Shown here: one piece after another, positions 1-8,425 of the stretch
How positions within the stretch are numbered: the stretch's first letter is position 1
Layout: each line of letters opens with the position of its first letter
Source: Trueperaceae bacterium
GTDB taxonomy: Bacteria > Deinococcota > Deinococci > Deinococcales > Trueperaceae
NCBI GenBank assembly: GCA_035703635.1
Contig: DASSXV010000085.1
Location: 1-22,613, forward strand
Reading direction: 5' to 3'
DNA length: 22,613 bases
Notes under the pieces: model-generated
Seen by the model: the letters and a program-made list of their open reading frames with translations, nothing else
Told to the model about the DNA's origin: nothing
Databases searched by the model: none
Translations under genes and position numbers: made by a program

Positions 1-185
1 GTTCGTGGTTCTCGTATGGGGATCAGCGTTTGGGGCAGGGTAAGGAGCGGGCGGTTGAGTTCATCGCGGCTAAGCCGGAGTTGATCTCTGAGATCCGCGG
101 CAAGGTGATGGACGCCCTCAGCCTCGGCGCCAAGACCAAGAGTCCAGCCGAACTGGACGTCGACTCTGAGGACGGTGCCCAGTGA
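1..185 (+). CDS. recA: RecA, 3' fragment (runs off the window start)
   Basis: Frame from nt 3 reads SWFSYGDQRLGQGKERAVEFIAAKPEL..., the RecA C-terminal 'WYSY...GQG' motif with an acidic tail. TGA at 183-185 overlaps the rny GTG. Not in the ORF track. Confidence 0.92.
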   Translation, partial: SWFSYGDQRLGQGKERAVEFIAAKPELISEIRGKVMDALSLGAKTKSPAELDVDSEDGAQ

Positions 186-1855
186 CTCCGAACGTCACCT
201 ACTTCCTGCTGCTAGCTCTTGGTTTGGTGGTTGGCGCCACCCTCATGTACCTGCTGCGGCAACGCAGCGAACGCGACGCCGAGGCGGAAGCAGAACAGCG
301 TGTTGCGGCTCGCATGGCCGAGGCCGAACGCGAAGCGCGCGGCGTCGTCGAGCAGGCGAACAGGACCGCCGAGGCCGAGCTCGCCAAGGCGCAGCAGCGT
401 TGGTCTGAGGATGAGGCGCTCAAGCGCAGGCGGTTGGATGACGAACTGCGCCACCAGCGTGAAACGGCCAAGGCAGAGGCCGAACGCGGCCTCAGCGAGA
501 TCGAACGCGACCGCACGGCGGCGCGCGAGGCGCGCGACGAGGCGAGACGCGACCGCGAGCGCCTCGAGCAGCAGGAGGAGCGCCTCAACCGCCGGAGTGA
601 GCAGCAAGACGCCCGCGCCCTGCGCTTGGATGAGGTGGAGGAGCGCCTCAACCAGCGCGTCACGGACCTGAGCGTCCGCGAGGAGGGCATCGAAGCGCGT
701 GAGTCGGCGGTCGATTCTCAACTACATGAGATCGCGCAGCTGAGCCGCGAGCAGGCCACGCAACTCATCCTCGACCGCCTCGAGCGCGAACTCGAGCGCG
801 AGAAAGCCGTGCGCGTCCGCGCTGCGCTCGAGCGGGCGGACGCGGACTCGCGGAAGCGTTCACAGGACATCCTCGCCCAGGCCATACAGCGCAGCGCCTC
901 CGAGGTGTCTGCCGCCATCAGCGTTTCGGTAGTGCCCATCCCAAGCGACGCCATGAAGGGCCGCATCATCGGGCGCGAGGGCCGGAACATCCGCGCCTTC
1001 GAGGCGCTCACAGGGGTCGACCTGATCATCGATGACACGCCAGAGGCCGTGCTCCTCTCGAGCTTCAACCCCGTGCGCCGCGAAGTAGCGCAGCTGGCGC
1101 TCACCGAGTTGGTGACGGACGGCCGCATCCACCCCGCGCGCATCGAAGAAGTCGTGCATAAGGCGCAGCAGGAGATGCAGGCGTACATCCGCGAGCGCGG
1201 GGACGAGGCGGCGCTCGAAGCGAACGTCGTGGGCCTGAAGCCGGGCCTCGTTCAGCTCCTCGGCCGCATGCAGTTCCGGACGAGCTACGGGCAGAACATC
1301 CTCAAGCACTCGGTGCAGGTAGCGCACCTCTCGGGCATCATCGCCGCCGAGCTTGGGCTCGACGAGGCCATGGCGCGCCGCGCCGGCCTCCTGCACGACA
1401 TCGGCAAGTCGATCGACCGCGAGATCGAGGGCACGCACACGGAGATCGGCGCCAACCTCGGGCGGCGTTTCGGCGAGCCGAAGGAAGTCATCGACGCCAT
1501 CGCGAACCACCACGACCTCGACCAGGCCGAGACCCTCTTCCCCATCATCATCAACGCGGCAGACGCCATCTCGGCGGCCCGGCCGGGCGCAAGGCGCGAG
1601 ACGCTGGAGAGCTACATCAAGCGCCTCGAGGGTCTCGAGAGCATCGCAACGAGCTTCCCTGGCGTAGACAGTGCCTTCGCCATCCAGGCCGGCCGCGAGT
1701 TGCGCATCATCGTTCAACCGGAGCGCGTCGACGATGCCACGGCCGTGCTGCTGGCGCGCGACATCGCCAACCGCATCGAGCAGGACATGGAGTACCCAGG
1801 TCAGGTGCAAGTGACGGTCGTGCGCGAGTCGCGCGCCGTCGAGTACGCGCGCTGA
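182..1855 (+). CDS. rny: Ribonuclease Y
   Basis: N-terminal TM helix, long coiled coil, KH domain (MKGRIIGREGRNI), HD domain (LLHDIGK), and C-terminal SAARPGARRE / AIQAGRELR / YPGQVQVTVVRE. Confidence 0.97.
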   Translation: MTPNVTYFLLLALGLVVGATLMYLLRQRSERDAEAEAEQRVAARMAEAEREARGVVEQANRTAEAELAKAQQRWSEDEALKRRRLDDELRHQRETAKAEAERGLSEIERDRTAAREARDEARRDRERLEQQEERLNRRSEQQDARALRLDEVEERLNQRVTDLSVREEGIEARESAVDSQLHEIAQLSREQATQLILDRLERELEREKAVRVRAALERADADSRKRSQDILAQAIQRSASEVSAAISVSVVPIPSDAMKGRIIGREGRNIRAFEALTGVDLIIDDTPEAVLLSSFNPVRREVAQLALTELVTDGRIHPARIEEVVHKAQQEMQAYIRERGDEAALEANVVGLKPGLVQLLGRMQFRTSYGQNILKHSVQVAHLSGIIAAELGLDEAMARRAGLLHDIGKSIDREIEGTHTEIGANLGRRFGEPKEVIDAIANHHDLDQAETLFPIIINAADAISAARPGARRETLESYIKRLEGLESIATSFPGVDSAFAIQAGRELRIIVQPERVDDATAVLLARDIANRIEQDMEYPGQVQVTVVRESRAVEYAR

Positions 1856-1921
1856 GCTGACAAGCCGCGCGCTAGTCGCGGTACCGTCCGGCCCGCCTAC
1901 GGCAAGGCGCGCCGGCCTGGG

Positions 1922-1927
1922 TATACT
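1922..1927 (+). promoter_or_regulatory. Putative -10 box (TATACT) for the prs-rplY-pth operon
   Basis: Near-consensus TATACT in the GC-rich rny-prs intergenic region. No clear -35. Confidence 0.55.
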
Positions 1928-1932
1928 CGCCC

Positions 1933-2094
1933 GTGGCTACCAGAGGGTGCCGCTACTGCCCTGTTCTGCCGCACACCCTAGTCCCCCCTGCGAGGTGCTC
2001 AGTGACGCTCAGTACTTGCCTCCACCTTTCGCCCCACCGTGGCGAAGAGTCCCCCCACGCCCGTTGCACGCGGCTAGTAGGTGACCACAGGTGA
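1933..2094 (+). CDS. Possible leaderless 53-aa upstream ORF (Cys/His-rich); may instead be a non-coding leader
   Basis: GTG 5 nt after TATACT; open for 53 codons; its TGA (2092-2094) overlaps the prs GTG. Many A/T third positions argue against a conventional gene. Confidence 0.3.
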   Translation: MATRGCRYCPVLPHTLVPPARCSVTLSTCLHLSPHRGEESPHARCTRLVGDHR

Positions 2095-3035
2095 GGAGCG
2101 GCGAGGACGTCAAGCTATTCAGCGGCAACGCCAACCCGTTGCTCGCTCAGGCCGTCGCCAAGCATCTGGGTGGCCGCCTAGCGCACGGCACGGTCTCTCA
2201 GTTCCCTGACGGCGAAACGCGTATCAGCATCGACGAGAGCGCACGTGGCGGCGACTGCTACATCATCCAATCGACCTGCGCCCCCGTTAACCACCACCTC
2301 ATGGAGTTGCTCGTCCTGATCGACGCGCTGAGGCGCGCCTCGGCTTGGCGGATCAACGCCGTCATCCCGTACTTCGGTTACGCGCGGCAGGATAAGAAGA
2401 TGCAAGCGCGCGAGCCGATAACCGCCAAACTCGTAGCCAACTTGCTCGAGAAGGCCGGCGCCGACCGCGTCATCACCATCGACTTGCACGCTGGCCAGAT
2501 CCAGGGCTTCTTCGACGTCCCCGTCGACCACTTGACGGCATTGACGATACTCGGCGATCACCTCAGGGGCACCGACCTGACCGACAGCGTGGTCGTGTCA
2601 CCTGACGTCGGGCGCGCGACCGAGGCCAGGCGCCTTGCGAACTACTTGAACCTGCCGCTCGTCATGCTCTACAAGCGCCGCACTAGCCCGACGGACACCG
2701 AAGTCACTCACGTCATCGGCGACGTCGAAGGCAAGCGTCCGATCATCATGGACGACATGATCTCGACTGCGGGCACCATGCGTCGTGGCATCGAGGCGCT
2801 GCTCGACCTCGGCGCGCAACCTGACGTGCGCGTAACGGCAACCCACGCCGTCTTCACGCCACCGGCGATGGAGCGCCTCGATCACCCGGCCGTCAGCGGA
2901 ATCTACGTCACCGACACCATCCCGCTGGTCGAGACCAACGACAAGATCAAGGTACTTAGCGTGGCTCCCCTTCTCGCCCAGGCCATCCGCAACGTGCACG
3001 ATCACGTGTCCGTGAGTTCCCTTTTCGACAGCTGA
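2091..3035 (+). CDS. prs: Ribose-phosphate pyrophosphokinase (PRPP synthetase)
   Basis: FPDGET, IPYFGYARQDK, DLHAGQIQGFF, VSPDVG, DDMISTAGT (PRPP loop), ATHAVF, VTDTIP. Confidence 0.97.
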   Translation: MRSGEDVKLFSGNANPLLAQAVAKHLGGRLAHGTVSQFPDGETRISIDESARGGDCYIIQSTCAPVNHHLMELLVLIDALRRASAWRINAVIPYFGYARQDKKMQAREPITAKLVANLLEKAGADRVITIDLHAGQIQGFFDVPVDHLTALTILGDHLRGTDLTDSVVVSPDVGRATEARRLANYLNLPLVMLYKRRTSPTDTEVTHVIGDVEGKRPIIMDDMISTAGTMRRGIEALLDLGAQPDVRVTATHAVFTPPAMERLDHPAVSGIYVTDTIPLVETNDKIKVLSVAPLLAQAIRNVHDHVSVSSLFDS

Positions 3036-3128
3036 AACCGCGTCCGACCTTTACAGCGGCGGGCGCTACCAAGTAGCATCAGTAGTTGCTAACGCGTCGG
3101 CGAGATAGCCGTGCGCACCGGAGGAACC

Positions 3129-3746
3129 ATGAGAATCAACGCTGAAAAGCGCGCGCCGGGCACGGCCGCTGACTTGCGCCGCACGGGGAAGCTCCCTGCG
3201 GTCGTCTACAACAAGGAACTCAACGAGTCGATCACGGTCGACATGCGTGACTTCGACAAGGCGTTCCGCGCCCAGGGCACCTCGAGCCTGATCGACCTCG
3301 TCATCGATGGCACCGAGCGTTCCGTCGTCGTCAAGCAAGTCCAGATGGACAAGCGGAAGCGCGTTCCCATGCACGTCGACTTCTACGCCGTCACCGCCAA
3401 CCGTCCCCTCGAAGTGCACGTCCCCATCGAGTTCGTCGGCACGGCCGTCGGCGTGCGCGACGGTGGCATGCTCGACGTTCAGCGCCGCGAGATCAAGATC
3501 TCGGTCCTGCCGCGCTTCATCCCCAACCACGTCGAGGCAGACGTTAGCGCCCTCGCCGTCGGCGATAGCCTGCACGTCAAAGACCTCATCGCCAAGCTCC
3601 CGAGCGAGGCGCACATCCTCGACGAGCTCGACCTCGCCATCGTGGCAGTAGTGCCACCACGCGTCGTGGAAGAGACCGAGGGAGCCGAAGCCGTTACGCA
3701 GCCTGAGGTCATCGGCGCCGGTACCGAGGAGCAGGAAGAGGGTTGA
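3129..3746 (+). CDS. rplY: 50S ribosomal protein L25/Ctc (long, TL5-type)
   Basis: LRRTGKLPAVVY, HVDFY, C-terminal Ctc domain (VGDSLHVKDL) and acidic tail. Start moved to ATG 3129 behind SD GGAGG. Standard prs-ctc-pth order. Confidence 0.95.
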   Translation: MRINAEKRAPGTAADLRRTGKLPAVVYNKELNESITVDMRDFDKAFRAQGTSSLIDLVIDGTERSVVVKQVQMDKRKRVPMHVDFYAVTANRPLEVHVPIEFVGTAVGVRDGGMLDVQRREIKISVLPRFIPNHVEADVSALAVGDSLHVKDLIAKLPSEAHILDELDLAIVAVVPPRVVEETEGAEAVTQPEVIGAGTEEQEEG

Positions 3747-4366
3747 CCTCTAGGGTGGACCAGGCGTCCCCACCAAGTTTCAAGCTCGTGGTCGGCCTCG
3801 GCAATCCAGGGTCGCGCTACTCGGGAACCCGGCATAACGCCGGGTTCCTCGTCATTGATGAGCTGGCGAGGCGCCACGGGGCGCAGTTCAGGGTCGAGCG
3901 CGAAGCGGCAACGGCCAAGTTGGCGCCTGGCACGCTAGCTGCTGGCGCCTGCATGCTGCTTAAACCGCTAACGTTCATGAACTTGTCCGGCCGCCCAGTG
4001 CAGGCCGCCCTCACGCGCGGGTCCGTCAGGCCGGGCGAGATGGTGGTAGTTCACGACGACATGGATCTGCCGCTAGGCAAGCTGCGGGTGAGGCTCGGCG
4101 GCAGCAGTGGCGGCCAGCGCGGCGTTAGCGACATCTCGCGGGCCGTGGGCCCCGATTACGTGCGGGTGAAAGTCGGCGTGGGGCGACCCCCGCCTGAGTG
4201 GACGACGGAGAACTGGGTGTTGAGCCGCTTCACTCAGTCAGAGGCGGACCTCGTGGAACGCGTGGTGGCGGCAGCTGCGGACGCCGTCGAACTCGTGGCG
4301 CGGTACGGCCCGCAGCACGCCATGAACGAGATCAACGGTCTAGACGTAGCCGCTTCGTCTAGTTAG
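3743..4366 (+). CDS. pth: Peptidyl-tRNA hydrolase
   Basis: LVVGLGNPG..Y..TRHNAGF, LKPLTFMNLSG, VVHDDMDLPLG, VLSRF. TTG start overlaps the rplY stop; exact start uncertain. Confidence 0.95.
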   Translation: MTSRVDQASPPSFKLVVGLGNPGSRYSGTRHNAGFLVIDELARRHGAQFRVEREAATAKLAPGTLAAGACMLLKPLTFMNLSGRPVQAALTRGSVRPGEMVVVHDDMDLPLGKLRVRLGGSSGGQRGVSDISRAVGPDYVRVKVGVGRPPPEWTTENWVLSRFTQSEADLVERVVAAAADAVELVARYGPQHAMNEINGLDVAASSS

Positions 4367-4371
4367 CTGCC

Positions 4372-5178
4372 TTAACCGAAGCGCCCTGAGACGTAACGTT
4401 CCGTCAGTTCGTGCCGCGGCGCAGTGAACATCTGGTCCGTTGGCCCCTCCTCGACCAAGGTACCGAGGTGCATGAAGGCCGTGCGGTCCGAAACGCGGCC
4501 GGCCTGCTGCATGTTATGCGTCACGATTATCACCGTGTAGCGGCCCTTGAGCTCGGCTATCAGGCGCTCGATCTTGTCGGTCGCGATCGGGTCGAGGGCG
4601 CTGGTAGGTTCGTCCATCAGCAGCACCTGCGGCTCGGTCGCCAGCGCCCGCGCGATGCACAGGCGCTGCTGTTGCCCGCCCGACAGCCCGAACGCGGAAC
4701 CCTGCAGTTTGTCCTTGACCTCTTCCCACAGGGCGGCGTCCTTGAGGGCGCGCTCGATGACCGCGCCGAGATCAAAGCGACGCCCAGCCAGGCGCGGACC
4801 GAAAGCGACGTTGTCGTGAATGGACTTGGGGAACGGGTTCGGTTTCTGGAACACCATGCCAACGCGGCGTCGCACCTCGACAGGGTCGACGCCGGCGCCG
4901 TACAGCTCCTCACCCTCGTAACGGACGCGCCCCGCGGTGCGCACGCCCTCCACCAAGTCGTTCATGCGGTTGATGCTGCGCAGCAGGGTGCTCTTGCCGC
5001 AGCCTGACGCGCCGATCAACGCGGTGACGCTATTGCGCGGCACCGTCAGCGAGACGCCCTTGAGCGCCTTGAAGTCCCCGTACCAGAGGCTGAACGAATC
5101 TATCTCGACGACGGCGTCCTCGGCGGCCACCGGGTCGGTCCGCACCGTCTCGTGGTCGTCAGGCAGTACCTGGCTCAC
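4372..5178 (-). CDS. pstB: Phosphate ABC transporter ATPase
   Basis: [55 protein letters not shown], terminal GRFG. Confidence 0.97.
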   Translation of the reverse strand: MSQVLPDDHETVRTDPVAAEDAVVEIDSFSLWYGDFKALKGVSLTVPRNSVTALIGASGCGKSTLLRSINRMNDLVEGVRTAGRVRYEGEELYGAGVDPVEVRRRVGMVFQKPNPFPKSIHDNVAFGPRLAGRRFDLGAVIERALKDAALWEEVKDKLQGSAFGLSGGQQQRLCIARALATEPQVLLMDEPTSALDPIATDKIERLIAELKGRYTVIIVTHNMQQAGRVSDRTAFMHLGTLVEEGPTDQMFTAPRHELTERYVSGRFG

Positions 5179-5203
5179 GCTCTTCCTTTCGGGCGCAAGT
5201 AGC

Positions 5204-6397
5204 TCACCAGCGCCGCTCGAACTTCCGCCGCAACCAGAACGCCACCCCGTAGAGTAGCGCCAGCACGCAGAGCAACACGACGATCCCGGCAGACGCTACG
5301 TGAGCGAACTCGGGGTTGTTCTCCCCCACCCACGAGTAGATCTGCACGGGCAGGACGGTGTACTGCGACATCGGGCTGCTCGGCAGGCCCGGCACGAACG
5401 CTGCCGCCCCTATGAGGAGCAGGGGCGCCGTCTCGCCAACAGCGCGTGCGACGGCGAGGATCACGCCGGTCACGATACTCGAGAGGGCGGCGGGCAGCAC
5501 CACTCGGAACGCAACCTGCGACTTCGTCGCTCCAAGGCCGTACGCCGCCTGGCGCATGGAGTCAGGTACCGCCCTGATGGCCTCGCGCGCCGCGATGACG
5601 ACGACGGGAACGACGAGCAGCGCGAGTGTGAGCGCAGCGGCCAACACCACGGGCCCGAGCCGCATGAAGCGCACGAAGACCGCGAGGCCAAGTATGCCGT
5701 AGACGATGCTCGGCACTCCAGCCAAGTTGCGCAAGTTGACCTCGATGGCCCTCGCCGCCCACGTGTCCTGCGAGTACTCCTCGAGGTAGATCGCCGCCGC
5801 CGCGCCGAGCGGCACGGCGATGAGGATGACGAGCGCCATCACCCACAAGCTGCCGAGCAGGGCGGGCGCCAACCCCGCGACCAGCGGCGACCGCGAGGTG
5901 TTGCGCCCGAAGATCGAACCGTCAAGCCACTGGTTGAGGTAGAGGTGTTGGCCAGGCCGCAGTTCGGCAAGCAAGGCCTTGCGCTCCCTCGCGCCAGCGA
6001 CCAGGGCGTGGTCCGAGATCAGCTTGTCGCGACTGCTCGTCACGACCCACCTAAGCGGCTGCCCGTCGACCGCCCACATCAGCTCGACGCGGTTGCGCGC
6101 CGCGAAGATCCGGCGCTCCTCCGAGTTGGCTAGCAGGGCATCCACCTCCTCGGCCGATTCGCCGCGCGCGGCAAGCTCTAGCCGCACGACTCTCTCCCAA
6201 GTGCCTGTGAACCTGAAGCCTTCCGCGACCGAGAAGCTCGATCCGCTGCCGGCCGGCTCGACGACTTGCCATGAGACCGAGTCTCCGAGCACGTCGAGGA
6301 CGAGGGCGGCAAGGACCGCGAGCGCCAACAGGGTCGGGGTGAGGACGGCCGCGTAGAACAGGCGGCCGCGTGCGCGCCGAGCGCTGGCGGCAGTCAC
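5204..6397 (-). CDS. pstA: Phosphate ABC transporter permease PstA with an extra ~115-aa loop
   Basis: [21 protein letters not shown]-loop equivalent ([18 protein letters not shown]), [19 protein letters not shown] start overlaps the pstC stop. Confidence 0.93.
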   Translation of the reverse strand: MTAASARRARGRLFYAAVLTPTLLALAVLAALVLDVLGDSVSWQVVEPAGSGSSFSVAEGFRFTGTWERVVRLELAARGESAEEVDALLANSEERRIFAARNRVELMWAVDGQPLRWVVTSSRDKLISDHALVAGARERKALLAELRPGQHLYLNQWLDGSIFGRNTSRSPLVAGLAPALLGSLWVMALVILIAVPLGAAAAIYLEEYSQDTWAARAIEVNLRNLAGVPSIVYGILGLAVFVRFMRLGPVVLAAALTLALLVVPVVVIAAREAIRAVPDSMRQAAYGLGATKSQVAFRVVLPAALSSIVTGVILAVARAVGETAPLLLIGAAAFVPGLPSSPMSQYTVLPVQIYSWVGENNPEFAHVASAGIVVLLCVLALLYGVAFWLRRKFERRW

Positions 6398-7320
6398 TCG
6401 TAGCGCTCCCTGAAGCGCCGTACGAGCGCTTGCGATACCAGGTTGAGGAGTAGCGTGATCACGAACAGCACGCTCGCCACGGCATAGAGAGAGCGCGCGG
6501 CGAGGGAGCCAGCCGGCTGGTCGCCGGTGGCTGCCTGCACGATGAAGGAAGTCATGGTGGCGATCGTCTCGCGCGGGTCGAGGGTGAGGATCGGCCGCTG
6601 CCCGGCGGCGAGGGTGACGATCATCGTCTCCCCGACGGCGCGGGCGAACGCCAGGATCACGGCGGCAACGATGCCGGAGAACGCGGCAGGCAACACGATC
6701 TTGATGACCACGTCCAACTTGCTCGCGCCAAGGCCATAACCTGCCTCACGCAGGGAGTTCGGCACGGAGATCATGGCGTCCGAAGCGAGGCTCGAGATGA
6801 TGGGCAGGATCATGAAGCCCATGACGAGTCCGGCCGAGAGGGCGTTGAAGAGCTTGAGGCCTGGAATGAACGTTTGCAGCCACGGGGTAACGAACAGGAG
6901 CGCGAAGTAGCCAAGCACGACGGTTGGGATCCCGGCCAGTAGCTCTAGCACGCCCTTCACGCGCCTGCGAACGGGCGGGGTGGCGTACTCGGAGAGGTAG
7001 ATGGCGCTCGCGATGCCGAGCGGCACCCCGACCAGCATCGCGATCGCCGTGACGAGGAAGGTACCGGCCAGGAGCGGCGAGATGCCGAAGTGCTTGTCGA
7101 GGAAGAGCGGCGTCCACCTGTCACCAGTGAAGAACTCGACGACGCTGACTAGCGGGTCGGTGAAGAAGGCGAACGTCTCGCTTGCCAGCACGGCCACGAC
7201 GGCGATGGTCGTCAGCACCGTCACCCACGCCGCGGCGCCGAGGGCGACGGCAACGAGCCGCTCGCGCATGCGCTCAGAAGGGCGCAACGCCAATGGTGCA
7301 CTGGCGCCTCCCCGCTTCAC
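6394..7320 (-). CDS. pstC: Phosphate ABC transporter permease PstC
   Basis: FFTGDRWTP, AIYLSEYA, LELLAGIPTVVLG, VPNSLREAGYGLGA, RAVGETMIV. Confidence 0.96.
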   Translation of the reverse strand: MKRGGASAPLALRPSERMRERLVAVALGAAAWVTVLTTIAVVAVLASETFAFFTDPLVSVVEFFTGDRWTPLFLDKHFGISPLLAGTFLVTAIAMLVGVPLGIASAIYLSEYATPPVRRRVKGVLELLAGIPTVVLGYFALLFVTPWLQTFIPGLKLFNALSAGLVMGFMILPIISSLASDAMISVPNSLREAGYGLGASKLDVVIKIVLPAAFSGIVAAVILAFARAVGETMIVTLAAGQRPILTLDPRETIATMTSFIVQAATGDQPAGSLAARSLYAVASVLFVITLLLNLVSQALVRRFRERYE

Positions 7321-8303
7321 TCGTGCGCCAAGACGGCGGCCAGCACGCTGTCGCCCGGGTGGAAGTCCGCGAAGGCCGTGCCCGTCACGCGCGCCTTGAA
7401 GCGGGCGGCGACCGCCTCGTAAACGGCGGGCGGGTAAGTGACGAAGCCGGTTCCTGCGATGTACTCGCGGTTCGCCGGCGCCAGGTAGAAGTCGATGAAC
7501 GCGGTAACGGCCTGTTTGGCCTCGAGGGACTTCGTGCTCACGTAGATGAACAGCGGACGCGAAAGCGGCGTATAGCTGTTCGCCTCGATGGTCTCCGGGG
7601 TCGGCGCCACGCAGCCATGCCCACTATCGACCGCCAACGCGGTAAGGCGCTGTGAGTTCTCGGCGTAGTACGCGAAGCCGAAGAAGCCCATGGCGTAAGG
7701 GTCGCTCTCCACGCCCTGTACTAGTACGTTGTCGTCTTCGCTAGGGAAGAAGTCGGTGCGGATGGCCCCCGTCCGACCGTTGACCGCTTCCGTGAAGTAA
7801 TCGAACGTCCCGCTGTCGGTGCCAGGGCCATAGAGCGTGATGTCGGCGTCCGGGAAGCCGGCGCGAACCTGACTCCACTTCGTGATGCCCGACCCAGGCG
7901 CCCAGATGGCCGCTAGTTCCGTTAACGTTAGGCAAGTGACGAAGTCGTTCGCGCGGTTCACCACGATCGTGAGGGCGTCCGCGGCGACGGGTAGCTCGAT
8001 GAGCGAGATGCCAGCCGCCGCACAAGTCGCCAACTCGCTCGCTTTGACGACGCGGCTAGCGTCGGCAACGTCAAGTGCGCCAGCGCACATCTTGGAGAGG
8101 CCGCCTCCCGTGCCGGAGTAAGCCACCGAGACTGGTAGGCCAGGGTGCTCGATCGTGAACTCTTCAGCCATGGCCAACGACACTGGGTAGACGGTCGAGG
8201 AGCCGTCAACGCGCACGCCGAGTTCACCGCCACAGGCGCTGATGCCCACCGTCACTAGGGCAAGCAGCGCCCAGAAGCTCCACCTACTTGGGTGGCCGAA
8301 CAT
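7317..8303 (-). CDS. pstS: Phosphate-binding lipoprotein PstS
   Basis: Lipobox ISAC, VDGSSTVYP, SGTGGG, DASR, DSGTFDYF, SEDDN, YTPLSRPLFIY. ATG 8303 fits SD GGAGG spacing; GTG 8306 is the alternative start. Confidence 0.95.
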   Translation of the reverse strand: MFGHPSRWSFWALLALVTVGISACGGELGVRVDGSSTVYPVSLAMAEEFTIEHPGLPVSVAYSGTGGGLSKMCAGALDVADASRVVKASELATCAAAGISLIELPVAADALTIVVNRANDFVTCLTLTELAAIWAPGSGITKWSQVRAGFPDADITLYGPGTDSGTFDYFTEAVNGRTGAIRTDFFPSEDDNVLVQGVESDPYAMGFFGFAYYAENSQRLTALAVDSGHGCVAPTPETIEANSYTPLSRPLFIYVSTKSLEAKQAVTAFIDFYLAPANREYIAGTGFVTYPPAVYEAVAARFKARVTGTAFADFHPGDSVLAAVLAHE

Positions 8304-8425
8304 CACTACCTCCAGGCCCGAGGTTACACGCGTTCCGCTTCAAGCCGGTCGGGCGCACCACCGGGGAACGATAATGGTGTGGGCAGCGCAGCAGTCGGGC
8401 AGTGCCTAGCCGTAAGGAGGCACAG

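Noticed and set aside
1..95. G/T-biased third codon positions at the start of the recA fragment
   Set aside because: Only about 30 codons at the window edge with the frame intact; too little to claim recombination or an assembly switch.
860..1810. 316-aa antisense ORF in rny, and similar shadow ORFs elsewhere (e.g. 5300-6133, 9281-10021, 14263-15411, 21624-22205)
   Set aside because: No motifs; they overlap well-supported genes and are expected from GC-rich codon bias.
1865..1881. CCGCG...CGCGG hairpin after rny
   Set aside because: Five-bp stem with no U-tract; not supportable as an intrinsic terminator.
1930..2090. ykkC-type PRPP/ppGpp riboswitch upstream of prs
   Set aside because: I cannot find the conserved ykkC-I core elements (AGGGUUCCG, AAAAGCCCGGG).
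3074..3092. TAGCA-N8-TGCTAA inverted repeat resembling CIRCE
   Set aside because: The CTC/GAG inner arms are absent and the spacing is far too short.
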